A stretch of DNA of 57,759 bases, counting the filler, from Sphacelaria rigidula (lineage: Eukaryota), in the NCBI GenBank assembly GCA_964200075.2. It is 9 parts of 9 records of this genome, joined end to end, with 100 filler letters (N's around TTAATTAATTAA, not from the genome) between each part and the next. Parts side by side here need not be neighbours in the genome. Positions count along the whole stretch, not along the records: positions 19,288 to 25,616 come from CAXNAA020020742.1; positions 25,717 to 32,045 come from CAXNAA020020743.1; positions 32,146 to 38,474 come from CAXNAA020020744.1; 6 more parts are not named here. One strand, written 5' to 3'. The notes beneath the pieces were generated by a model. The model searched no databases and was not told the DNA's origin. It saw nothing but the letters and a program-made list of their open reading frames with translations. Of the stretch, positions 24,350 to 35,807 are shown piece by piece. A program made the position numbers and the translations under genes. Numbering within the stretch: position 1 is the stretch's first letter; each line of letters begins with the position of its first letter.

Positions 24350-24607
24350 TATAGCCTCTGCCAGATGATCTGGACAACAGGACTATTCACGAGGGAATCC
24401 TCCAGTAGCACTGGCCTCGTGCTCGACAAGTCCTTTCTTCTCACTTGCTATTATCACGGAGTGATCCTCTACAGACCACATCAAGAGCCAGACAGCAAGG
24501 GGCCACACAGATGAGGGTCATCAATCCAGGATCCCCTGTTCCCTGCCACTGCTCCAATCATGCATGCGGTTATACTGAAACCCACGGCTCGATATAATTT
24601 GGGTACA
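24350..24607 (-). repeat. 5' LTR of Gypsy (258 bp)
   Basis: Direct repeat of 19854-20116. Confidence 0.95.
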
Positions 24608-24611
24608 GACC

Positions 24612-24657
24612 CAACCGTCAGAAGGTTCCGAGGTTACCAGCTGAGCCACCGGGACGA
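24612..24657 (-). mobile_element. SINE family A 5' head with Pol III A box
   Basis: Minus strand reads GTCCCGGTGGCTCAGCTGGTAACC. A box TGGCTCAGCTGG at 24648-24637. Confidence 0.85.
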
Positions 24658-24803
24658 CCGCCGCGGTGCGGGTAGTCCATCTGGATCATGCATACTTTTT
24701 TCAAGTGAAAATTGATGCCGAGTATGCAGGTGATCTATCGAAAAAAAAACTGAAGAAATGTTCGTCGATGATGATTGATGGGGAACATCATTGAATGTTA
24801 CAG

Positions 24804-24842
24804 ACTAACACTAACACTAACACTAACACTAACACTAACCCT
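24804..24842. repeat. Telomere-like (CTAACA)5-CTAACCCT interstitial repeat
   Basis: Direct reading, a variant of (CCCTAA)n. Confidence 0.8.
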
Positions 24843-26224
24843 CACCCCGACCCAAGGCGCACGAGACCCTCGGGCGAGGAGGGTGCATATTTTGCCCTAG
24901 GCAAAGTGTGCGTTGGCGGACGTCGAATCGTCGCGGCAGGCTCCGATTTCGACAAGAACACGTTTTGGACGAGCTGGTTCCACTGCTCACCTGCCCCAAC
25001 CAAATTGTTTTTTCAGAGCTTTATCGACTCTAAAACCGAGTTGTCGTGCCTGTCAACCATTGTGTACGAACACTTCATCAGGTCTACTGCTCCAAGGGTC
25101 AATGGGCCTCTTTTTATGCTAGAAGCGAACGTGTCGTGTAACAATTTACAAGGTGAATGTCACGCCGGTCGAAAAACAATGCCACTCTCAATCCTATATT
25201 CAATTCTCAATGTCACGAAAACATTGTTACCTTCTGAAGTACAGTAGCTTGCTACTGAAGCCTCCGATATCCCTGAAAAGGGTGTCGAGGCGTAGCTGTG
25301 ACCCAACGACATTGTTCCAGGAGAGAATTTCGGCTATTATTATTTATTTGTCGCACTTTGAATTCCTCCCTTTCCTCTGGACGAGTCCGTGGTCTCAAGA
25401 TATCAACCCTCTCTCCCCGGTAGAAAACCCACATGAAATGAGATCTTGGTCAAGTTAGAGCGATTCACGAAACTTTCTCTCAATCAATCGCTAGATCCGG
25501 CGAAAACCCTTTTGTATATAATTACGTGTATGTAACGGTGTGTTTATGTATGTAGTATGTTGTGAGGAAGGCGTATCGCTAAAGTAGTCAGAGACCTACG
25601 GGGCGAGACTGCCGTCNNNNNNNNNNNNNNNNNNNNNNNNNNNNNNNNNNNNNNNNNNNNTTAATTAATTAANNNNNNNNNNNNNNNNNNNNNNNNNNNN
25701 NNNNNNNNNNNNNNNNCGAGATCCATGGTCTCATGACTATGGCATGCAAGATCGTGCGTTCACCCCCTCCTGCCCCCCCAAAACTGGTCAAACGACTGTT
25801 ATAAGGCAAACGACAAATGAGTACCCCCTCCCCCCTCAACGGTATGCCGGAACTTACTTCTGCCTACGACATGGGGCATGAACTGCCCGATGGTTTGCCG
25901 AACCCTCACGTACCGTAGGTGCTCGGCGCTTCTCTTTGTGCACACGCACTTTTTTTTGCGCGTATTACTGTATTAGTAACAACCAACGTGATGGTTGGTG
26001 CATGACGCTACTTATGCGAGAATCTCAAACGACTAAACACCCTACTAACTACCCGGTTGACGAAGCATGCACCGGATGATGACCATCGTGTCCGATATGG
26101 CGGGAAAGGAGGCGCACTGATGGATGATGGGAGCACGCGACATACGTTGATGAAAATAAAAACAAAAGGCAGAGAGCAAAGTTGAAGTGAAGTGAAGCAA
26201 GCACGTGAAAGAGTGACAAGAAAA

Positions 26225-26595
<371 letters not shown>

Positions 26596-26888
26596 TAAGA
26601 TGTGGATAGGCGGTCACCTTCAAGTTGTTTTTGTTCTCATCAAAGGTGTGAACACTCCATCATGCAGATGTGTTTTTATTAGCAGATGAAGAGCTAATGG
26701 ACAAAACACTTTTTTTTTATTCCCTTTTTTTATTTTCATTTCCTTCTGTTTTTCTCTTCTTCTTTCAACTGTGTAAGAAAAACGTTTTATTTTCTTGATT
26801 TTTTTCAAAAAATAATGTTGTGAGAAAAAAATAGCCGTTGAAAAAGTCAATCACAACACAGCTCTGTGTGTGTGTGTGTGTGTTCCAG

Positions 26889-27033
26889 ACGAGCCGGAGA
26901 CGTGATTCCTCAGGTGCTAGGTCTTGTTGGCGGGCCGCGGACTGCCTCCGTGAACGCGAGCACTGACGATGCGGGAGCCTTCGTGTTTCCCGCTGCCTGC
27001 CCGGCCTGCGGCACTCCTGTTGTCAAGGAAGAA
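26889..27033 (+). CDS. ligA: NAD+-dependent DNA ligase, motif VI and first half of the C4 zinc finger
   Basis: ccag|(R)RAGDVIPQV...FVFPAACPACGTPVVKEE|gtgagt. Phases 2 and 0 fit the neighbouring exons. Confidence 0.96.
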
Positions 27034-27305
27034 GTGAGTCGGGGTCGGAGCTAATAAGCATTTTTTCGGAGCGGAGGGGGGGGTCTTGCTGTCATGGTGC
27101 GGGCGGGGAATTTGCAAATCTATGTGCTGTATCTACGATTTGTTTTGACTTTTCTGTACCAGAGTTCTCGATCCACTTTTTACGGTGAATTTACTTGCCG
27201 CGCATGTTCCGGTGTTTATATTTCCCCGTTTTTTTTGCTGCTTGCTGCGTTGGTGCATTTAAGGAAAATGACTCGAAACCTATCCTCGTGGCAAGACACG
27301 TCTGT

Positions 27306-27346
27306 ATACTGTACTGTACTGTACTGTACTGTACTGTACTGTACTG
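27306..27346. repeat. (GTACT)n microsatellite in a ligA intron
   Basis: Direct reading. Confidence 0.9.
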
Positions 27347-27394
27347 CAATTAGTTGAGACACCGCTGCGTGTACCCTGTTTTCTGCTCGGTCAG

Positions 27395-27510
27395 GACAAA
27401 GCAGCCACACTATGTCCCGCGGGCCTGAGCTGCCCGGCGCAGGCCGTGGAGCATCTAAAGCACTTTGTGTCCAGGGGCGCGTTCGACATTCAGGGTCTCG
27501 GAGCCGCCAA
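27395..27510 (+). CDS. ligA: NAD+-dependent DNA ligase, second half of zinc finger and first HhH
   Basis: tcag|[38 protein letters not shown](K)|gtgag. Phases 0 and 2. Absent from the ORF track. Confidence 0.96.
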
Positions 27511-28315
27511 GTGAGAGACACGGGGCAAGGTCTGATCTTGATTTGAGTATTATATACTATACGACACACAGTTATTGCTGCCTCAAGCAGTATGGGGTCG
27601 TTGGGATGTTCAGTGTTTGTTTTTCGGTGCTTGCTTGTTGGCCGTTGGTGTGCTTTTCGCGTTTGAGGTCTTCAGGGGCGATTTTTAGTGGCGGTGTGCC
27701 GTAGACTTTTACTTATGATACCCGTCACATTTTGTCACTTTCCAGTCGCATGTGCGGGTATCACTTGATTTATTTATTTCGTGATTATTTTTGTTAGTGT
27801 ATTTATTCATTTGTATTTTATCTTTCCCTTGTTCAAAAAGTAAAGCCAACCATCCATCCTCAACTATCCAACCATCCATCCTCAAACAATCTTTAATTAG
27901 TTAATTAATTCTGTCAAAAAGTATGTGACTAATTCATCATTCGATTGATTTTTTTTTCTTCATTTTTCCTTTTTTTCTTTCTGCTTCTTGTTTTTCTTTC
28001 ATATCTTTATTTTTTCATCGTAAGACTTCTATTGTAACCTTCTTCCCGTTCCTCGGGACGAGTCCGGTTAACTGCCAATAGATGAAATCGACGCATAGCT
28101 CCCCGCGGTACCCGCCTTTGCGAATCTGTCGTCGATCATTGATTGGATGATGACCAACCACTCCTAGATCCCGTCGATTTTATTCTGTTGTTACAACTGA
28201 CATTCTTACTCATTCCGGGACGGAAACCAGTGAACTGAAAACAATTGCTGTACTGTCGGGATCGGACACGCGATACTTCTACTCCCCCCAAAATGACCGA
28301 TGACGTACTGACCGT

Positions 28316-28729
28316 AAACAACATGTTAATGAGATTAGGAACGGATTTTTGTTTCGGAACGGGAGGTTTTTCGTGATTTACACCAGGGCGGTCGAATCGT
28401 GCGGAACGGCCATCCCCCCCCTGAAAGCCCGTGTGATCTGACGAGAACTTTGGTGCAAAAATATTTGAAATCGACGTGGTCAGTGCAGAGTTAGGAGGGA
28501 AAACGTGTCCGAGAAAAATAAAACTGAAAATTGAGCATTTTCGGCCGTATCTCATGGAGGGCACACTAATCACCGATTTCAAATCTGATTTCGCCAAAAT
28601 CCCCGTCAGATCACGGGCTTTCATGGGGGTGACAGCCGTTTCGAACGATTCGACCGTCTTGGTGTACAACATAAAAAATCTCCCGTTCCGAAAAAAAAAT
28701 CGTTCCTAATCTCTCGAACATGTTGTTTG
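28316..28729. mobile_element. Foldback/palindromic element in a ligA intron (weaker symmetry may reach ~28140-28900)
   Basis: Inverted arms of ~170 bp: AAACAACATGTT..GAGATTAGGAACG..TTTCGGAACGGGAG..CGGTCGAATCGT..GAAAGCCCGTG..ATCTGACG..ATTTGAAATCG. Confidence 0.85.
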
Positions 28730-29957
28730 TGCCACTTTGAACACCGGGGCGAGGCAGACCTTGGGAAGGTTGAGTTCCCGCAAGCGTTGGTCGAGGACTC
28801 ACCACTTTTTCGCATTGATGGCAATGAGAGACGAGTTCAGTTGCTGACAGTAGGGACGACAAAATCCTCAAAGTTCTCATCCCGGCCCGATCACCTCTTC
28901 AATCCTCCTCTCGTATCCAAAACACATGAAATCTCTCGTAAAGGGAGGGGGGGGGGCGTACTCATTTGTTGCTTGCCTTAGTCGTTTGACCATTGACCAC
29001 GCATCCCTTTCGAGACGGAGCATGGAGCGTAAAGGGAGGGGGGTGATGCGGGATACTGACTTTCCTATAAAAGGGTTAAATTTCCACAGGTGTTTCTGTC
29101 GAGGATCCATCACCTTTTTTACGCATGGATATATGATATATATATATACGGTGTATATATACTTCGAAGTATATATTTAATCAAAATGACGTTGCGGTTG
29201 TGTATCGCTGCTGACATTATATCCTATCGTATGGATAGTTGGCATCGATATCGCCAAGCTGCCGTTACCGGCTGTATCCGCCTCGAGTACTCGTACTCGC
29301 ATAGCTCTTGCAAGGCTGTCGCACGAGAGAAAACAGCGCTTCTACTTTGAATACTGTAGTCTCATTCTTGTGATTATATTCAAAGCAATTTTTGACAAAA
29401 GAAAAAGCCGACCCGGTTCTCTTCATATTCCATTTATTTTCCTATTTCATCTTATAAAATTTACGTTTTTTGTCATAGTCCATCTTATTATCTCATTTTC
29501 TATTTTCAAATTCCATGTTTCATTGTCATACTCCACATCGAGTACAAACATATTAAGTGTGGCAAACCGTTGCTGCTAGTGTCCACACACGTCCCCTCAC
29601 CCGGCGAATGCGATCATCGGGGTTCTCGGGGTCAAACATGAGATGAAATGATGAGTATAGTGTTGAACTTGTTGCCCACTTTATCACGTGGGACCGTTCA
29701 TCTGTCGACGGATGGGCTCCTTCCTCATTTTCTCCTCATGTAGACGGCTGACCACTCGAGATACTTGTCCCGACGAAGCAAATGTGTACTCGTGGTGTAG
29801 ACGCGAACAAATGGAAGAAAAATAATACAGACACATGATGACGATGCTTGGTTTTGCTTTCCTCTCTCGATTTTGTTCTTCCCTTTTCTGTACTGAGCAT
29901 CTCTATTTTACTGCGTGATTCGAATTATATTGTTTTTGGATCCTTTTCTCAACCCTT

Positions 29958-30250
29958 TTGGGACCGACCCCCCACCAACACAAGGTTGACCCTGTGTCAG
30001 TGAAATAATTAAAAATAAGTCTTCGAGCGACCTGCCCAGTGACGGCGAGGCGAGATTTATCGACCAGACCCGAACGACCAGCGCGGGGATTGTTGGCGAG
30101 TGTGATGCCACTGCGAAGATCGTGTGAGCACACTATCCCCGGCCCAGATAAGCCTTCCCAGGTTTCCAAGTGCAGGGCGGTCGGAACTTGGTTATGTGAT
30201 ATTAGTTGCACTCAGTACAGCTTTCCCGAGTTTTCCGATGTTTTTTTTTT
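29958..30250 (+). repeat. Dispersed repeat family X
   Basis: Matches 12859-13118. Confidence 0.85.
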
Positions 30251-30669
30251 GCGGTAACCATGATGGTGGTCGAGCTAGATCATACTGTGCGGGGTGGGGG
30301 TACCTCAATTCCGCGCAAAGGGGACGATCATACTATGTTATGGTTGAATGGTAAGACACCCATGAAGCAATGTGTAATCCGTGGCCGTCTCTGGAAGTGG
30401 TGATACCAGAAAATGAAGCAACTCATTGAAGGCTGTCATCCATGTGCAAGAGAATCAGTATGCTTCGGCCCAAACAATCTTAGCAGGATGCAGCTCACCC
30501 ACCATGCGACTCGCCGAAGACATCACAGCGCTCGCGCTTGGTGATTGGTTGCGAGCCTACAGGGGTTCGGCGAAAACCCGGCGTGCTCCGTCCCGGCTTT
30601 GCAGGGATGCGAGGTCTTCGGTCATATGACTACGACATGCAAGATGATGAGTATACTCCCCCCCCCCCG
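30251..30669 (+). repeat. Dispersed repeat family Y (~420 bp, ends in a C-run). Other copies at 36210-36566 (-), 38575-38699 (-) and 25717-25778 (+)
   Basis: Shared blocks such as GGCGAAAACCCGGCGTGCTCCGTCCCGGCTT, CCATGATGGT.GTCGAGCTAGATCAT and ATGACTA.G.CATGCAAGAT. Confidence 0.85.
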
Positions 30670-31015
30670 CCCGCCCGCCGCCACGCCCCCCTTTTTTCAG
30701 GGTCTGTCCTAAACACGCCGACACCGCTTTGCTTGCTTGTATAGTCGACGATTCCTCTGTCTTTTCCATGGACGATGCAAAAGTTCGGCACAACAAGCAG
30801 ATGACGCTGCGAGTACGAGATGGAGACGTGCGGCCGAGCACTCGCCTTCGAAGCTCGCCATCACCCTTCAACAAGCAACAGTAAAACATGGAAAGGACAG
30901 GACTACCCTACATGAGCAACCTGACGGACAAGCTTGATCGTCATCATACTCCCCTGTACTTTCTTCGGCGCGTCTGTCGCCGTGTCTTTGCTTCCATCTC
31001 TCGCCCTGTTCTCAG

Positions 31016-31483
31016 GTTGAGCGAGCTCTACGACGCGGGCGTCGTCCGTACTCCAGTCGACATCCTGCGTCTGAAATCCCGCACCAGCATTCTCCCTCCT
31101 CCCGAAACAACCCCACACGCCTCCGATAACGGACAGGGGGACACGGGGACACAGGATACTCCTCCCCGATTAAGCACTAACGCCTCCGTCCCGCACAAGT
31201 GTAATGATGTCGAGGGAGTCAGCAGCGCGATCTTGGGGGCGGCGATGTCGTCAAAGGGAGGCGCGAACGTCCATGAAGGTGGGGCGGTGGAGGATGACGA
31301 CGGTTATGCGGAAGCGGGATCAAGCGGTGATGGGGGTGAGGTGAAGAAGAAGGGGAAAGGGAAAAAGAGAAAGGCCGTCATCGTTCCGGAGTCTACGTTG
31401 GAAGGACGGGGTGGCTGGGGGCGGCTGTCGGCCAAGAATGTGTTTGATGCCGTGGAGAAATCGAAGGATATTACCTTGGGAAG
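31016..31483 (+). CDS. ligA: NAD+-dependent DNA ligase, HhH region with ~100-aa low-complexity insertion
   Basis: ctcag|(K)LSELYDAGVVRTPVDILRLK-[insert]-LEGRGGWGRLSAKNVFDAVEKSKDITLG(R)|gtgag. 468 bp, phases 2 and 2. Confidence 0.92.
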
Positions 31484-31573
31484 GTGAGCAAGAGCAGCGC
31501 TATCTAGTGATTGGCTCGTTGATTGATTGATCGGTTGGTTGCGCCACATCAACGGGTTCTTTTGTGAATCTAG

Positions 31574-31836
31574 CACACGTCGGACAGCGCACGAGCTAGC
31601 TACCCAAGATAATGAATTGAAGATGACTCTGAGATCCTTTGTCCAACAACTCAAAAAACGTGGCAGCAGGGTCCAAAAAGCCAGAGCGCCACCTTTGCGC
31701 TACTCCGTGTGCTCGACGTCCAGCGCTGTAGAGAGAAAATATGGAAAAAAAGGGGCCAACGGAGCTAGCTCGTAATACGGATCAGTACACTATTAACAAG
31801 TAATATTCAGGTAGCTCATGAGCTGTCCGACGTGTG
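31574..31836. mobile_element. MITE, 263 bp, with 8-bp TSD (hAT- or P-like)
   Basis: Perfect 15-bp TIR CACACGTCGGACAGC. TSD GAATCTAG at 31566-31573 and 31837-31844. Confidence 0.9.
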
Positions 31837-32419
31837 GAATCTAGCCGTGGGTAGACGAGAGGTAAACAGAGGTATAGAGGTGTGTGTACCCGAGTTGAAG
31901 TGAAGGGGAGCACTTGCTGCAACAAGGAACTTGAGTAGAAGACTGACCAAAACTTGAAAATATTACACAAATAGGACGAATCATCACGGGTTCGAATCAC
32001 CAAACCCACAAATTCTTCGGCCTGATTGCCCAAAAGGGAGAAAAANNNNNNNNNNNNNNNNNNNNNNNNNNNNNNNNNNNNNNNNNNNNTTAATTAATTA
32101 ANNNNNNNNNNNNNNNNNNNNNNNNNNNNNNNNNNNNNNNNNNNNCTTAAAGCGAATGATCAAAGCCACTCTCAATCGTATCATCTACTCTCAATCTCAC
32201 GAAAACACTGTTGTTTCTGGCCATTTTTCGTACCTTTCTTAGGCAACAAAGGAGAAGGTGTACCTTTTCTAGGCCATTGCCCAAAATAAAAAGTCAACAC
32301 AAGCAAAGCACAGAAAGAAATTACCGACGTAAAACAAGAAAAAGAAAAACAAGAGGAAAGTACTCAGCAAATAAAGTAAAATACAATGAAACGATGGAAA
32401 ATATATACATATGTACACA

Positions 32420-32764
32420 TATGTAACGTGTAACGTAAAATGTAACGTTTCATGCCACGTGTCACGTATAATTCACGTGTCACGTATAATTCACGTGTCA
32501 CGTATAATATACGTGACCCCTGACATGAAACGTCACATCATACGTGTTTCGAACGTTTGAGCAATTTAACGTAACGTGACACATGACTTGTGTCACGTTC
32601 GTAAAATTCAACGTAACGTGAACGTGCCATCTGGAAATTCAACGTGACGTGAACGTGACGCTAATCACGTTGAAAAAAATCAACGTGAAAGTAACGTGAC
32701 GCCCAAAACGCAACGTTCACGTCACGTGTCACGCTGTGTCACGCTGTGTCACGTATCCCTCCCT
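32420..32764. mobile_element. ACGT-motif-rich transposon end (hAT-like terminus CAGGG on the minus strand)
   Basis: More than 20 ACGT cores in (CACGTGTCACGTATAATT)x3, AACGTAACGTGA and (TGTGTCACGC) repeats, ending abruptly at ...TATCCCTCCCTG. No partner TIR seen. Confidence 0.5.
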
Positions 32765-32971
32765 GAAAAAATTGAAAAAAAATCAGGAGGCTGCGTGGAG
32801 AAGATTTACACACACAGACCCCCCCCGCCCCCCCCGCCCCTCGCCCCCTCCCTCCCGAAGGGCATTTTTCTTAGTACAAAATTCTCTTCACTTTATCGCG
32901 AGAAATTAATCAATAAACACAATAAAACGTCCCATCGTACTTTCAGGTGAACTTGAATACTAGCCAATTTT

Positions 32972-35107
32972 TTAATCAAATCCCAGGCGTGCATCATCAT
33001 CGTGACGCTCTTCCCCCGCCACCGGATTGTCGGTGTTCCCGGCCGGAGACCCCGATCGATGGGTCCCGTCATGGTCTGCCTTAGAGGGGGCGGTGTCTTC
33101 AACCTGGGCCTCGGGAGTTGATGGACTGCCCGTTTGCGGGCTAGACCCGGATTCTTTGATATATTTCCTTCGAGGGGCCGCGTCCGCCATTCTTGTGAAT
33201 TTCAGCCGCAAGGCTCCGGCGTTGGCGTGCGACCGGTGAAAAACCTCCGGGTTGCGAAGAGCCTCTGCAGCCAAACACTCCCAGTCCCTCCTTCCGTCGA
33301 TATACCCGAACTTCCATATGGCCTGACACTCGGCGGTAGTGTACTGTGAACGATCTGCGGCAGAGGGCTGTACACGTTGTGGGGCGGTGAATTGCACACT
33401 CCCTGCTTGCCGGCGAGGCTCGGCATCTCCAATTCCGGCAACGGCTCCGCTGCTCGTAGCTGTCATCCTTCTCTTCTCGGCGCTCTCATCGTCATCAACA
33501 TCCGCTTCGGTCGCTTTGCCGCGACTCCGATCATGGGCTTCATGATCAGCGTTAAACTGCTGACGAAACCTCGAGATGATCGCGGGTGAGCCAGTCATGA
33601 ACCGGAAGTGATCGCTGAGGGAACTTTTGTTGACGTGCTTGGGGTGGAAAACGCGAGGTCCCTTCTTCACCTTCTCAGCTACACTTTCGAAATCTGTGTC
33701 ATTTTCGATATACGCGATACGCCACAGCTCACGATTTTCGGCATCAGTTCACCTCACTCTGGATCGTTTAGAGGGAGGCTCGTCACCCTCGTCATCCTCG
33801 TCATCCTCTTCCTCGCCATCCTCTTCCTCGTCATCCTCTTCCTCGTCATCCTCTTCGTCGCTATCCTCTTCCTCGTCATCCTCTTCCTCGTCATCCTTCT
33901 CCGGGTAGGTTCCTCGCGCCCTGTTGTCCAATCGCGGTCTAACAGGCAACTTTCTGACGTGTTCGACGTGATCAGCCCGGAATTTCTTTCGGAATTTTGC
34001 GATGCTCTCAATCGACCTCGTCATATACCGGTACCGATCCTTTAGACTACCCGGGGTCGTGTGCTTGGGGTTGGAAGTACATGCCGCCTTCTTCATTTTT
34101 CGGGACACGCTGTCCCAATCTTTGTCCCCCTCGATATACACGATCCGCCACAATTCCCGACTCTCGGCTTCCGTGTAGCAAAATGACCCTTCACGATTCG
34201 GTTGCGTTGAGTCGCTAACCTCTCCGGCTTGCTGGGCAGCACGACGTTTTTGCGCATACTTGCTGCGATCTGAGCCAAACTTGGCACAGGACTCTGATTT
34301 TGAAGCCAGCAGCTTGTAGAATTTTTGCATCAAATTTGTTGCGGATGCACGACTGGGATGAAAAATATGCGGCTTCCTCTTGACCTCTGCCACCAGGGCT
34401 GTCCAGTCTCTCCTACCCTCGATGTATCCGAACCGCCAAATTATGCGAATCTCGGCGTCGGTGTAGCGTTTTCCATCCACCCTCACCTCATTTCTGTTTG
34501 CGCCACGCCGCGTCTTTTTTCTATCCGCCTCGCGAGTGTCCCCGAATCTCGCCTTATAGCTGGATGCGCACCATGGTTTGCGCATTCTAGCGAACCTCTC
34601 TCTCAGGCTCGTGGGGTTGGCATGCGTTTGGTGGAATATATGAGGCTTCTCTAGAGCCTCCTGGGCCAAACTTACCCAATCTCTCCGGCCATCAACATGC
34701 CCAAAACGCCAAATGAGACGATTTTCATCCTCAGTGTACCGCCTGCTTACATTATCGTCATCGCTCTCGCTAGGCGTCCCATCCTCCGATTCTTCTTCCT
34801 TCTGCTCTCCTTTCCGTCCGCCCCACTCTTCCCTCTCCGTTTCTTCCCCGTCATTTTCTGTGTTCTCACCATACTCGTTCTGCTTTCCCTCCGTATCTTC
34901 GTCATTTTTTTTGCTTTCACCATACTCGTTTCGCTCTTCCAAGGACTGCAGTCGAAGCGGTTTCTGCCGGGGTTCGTCCACGCGACTCTGCGCAAAGCAA
35001 TCCGGATAACTGATGGCAACGCCAGGAGCGCGCCGACGTGAAGGGTCGGCTGGGGGCTGGACAAGATCTCTGCTTTCCCTGGGTAGACCGGGTGGTGCAG
35101 AGGGCAC
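32972..35107 (-). pseudogene. Five-repeat Myb/SANT (telobox-like) protein, one continuous frame of 711 codons before the terminal stop, with a single internal TGA at 33749-33751
   Basis: ORFs 33749-35107 and 32972-33670 are in the same frame, bridged by 26 open codons (TDAENRELWRIAYIENDTDFESVAEK). Five copies of YT..E...(I/L)W....(I/V)(E/D)G..DW......F(H)..H....L...(F/Y)..M. No in-frame ATG at the start, and cag|GTG at 35107 may be a splice acceptor. Confidence 0.75.
33779..33900. repeat. 15-nt coding tandem repeat (DDEEE acidic tract)
   Basis: (CTCGTCATCCTCTTC)n. Confidence 0.9.
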
Positions 35108-35787
35108 CTGTTCCGGAACACCAGCAATATTGAGAAGCGGAGTTCACCCCTGGGTCAGTGCATGGTGTTCGGCGGCATGATCACATGGCGCATTGCACGT
35201 GGACGCTGAGCGGTGAAAACCGTGCAACTGAAAAAGAGCACATGGTCCCTTTGACAGCAGAGAAAGGTCACAGTGCAATATCCGCCATTTGAAAGTTGTG
35301 ACGTTCGGGGTTTTGTTTACAAAAGCTTCGTCGCCATTGACGCGAATCGGACGACTCGCTAGAAACTACAAATTTTTTACCGCTTCCACAATGTAGATAC
35401 AGGGTTGTCGATTCATATCGGCTACACAAGGGCGCATCTCAGGGTTGCGGACCCGCAGTAGGCGTACAGTCGCCAAAACTGTGGCGACGAACACCGACGT
35501 CGGATGCGAGAAGGTAACATGGTGTCACCCAAAAGCAGGGGACATCTCGCATGATACCCTTTCCGCCATAATTTCCTCGCTACGTATAACATTTCTGACG
35601 CGAGGCCATCATCTTTGTGCGCATGTCGTGCAGCACATCGATGTATATATGCCGGCTCGCTGGCTTGTGGTGCGATCCATATTTTTGAAGCAAAATCATT
35701 GTGCTGTGTACGGCGGCCGTTTCGACGGCGTTCGAGCCCCCGGGCCTCGCGGCACCCGACGGCGCGGAGAAAGTTCGGGGTCAAGAA

Positions 35788-35807
35788 TAGGGTTAGGGTT
35801 AGGGTTA
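35788..35807 (+). repeat. Interstitial telomere-like (TTAGGG)~3
   Basis: TAGGGTTAGGGTTAGGGTTA. Confidence 0.85.

Larger units (their letters stand above)
19854..24607 (-). mobile_element. Ty3/Gypsy LTR retrotransposon with chromodomain, internally deleted (RT core/RNase H missing)
   Basis: LTRs 19854-20116 and 24350-24607, ~92% identical by manual count. TSD GACC at 19850-19853 and 24608-24611. Gag with decayed knuckle CYNCGDAGNMIKDC, protease VILDSGS, RT start WASPAM..FRLVSDY, integrase H..GH..C..C, chromodomain LVDWEGLDAEERTWE. G-rich PPT-like tract at 20117-20125. Confidence 0.95.

Noticed and set aside
33749..33751. Selenocysteine at the in-frame TGA
   Set aside because: The aligned position is Tyr in the other four repeats (Trp in canonical Myb), not Cys, and no SECIS was recognised.
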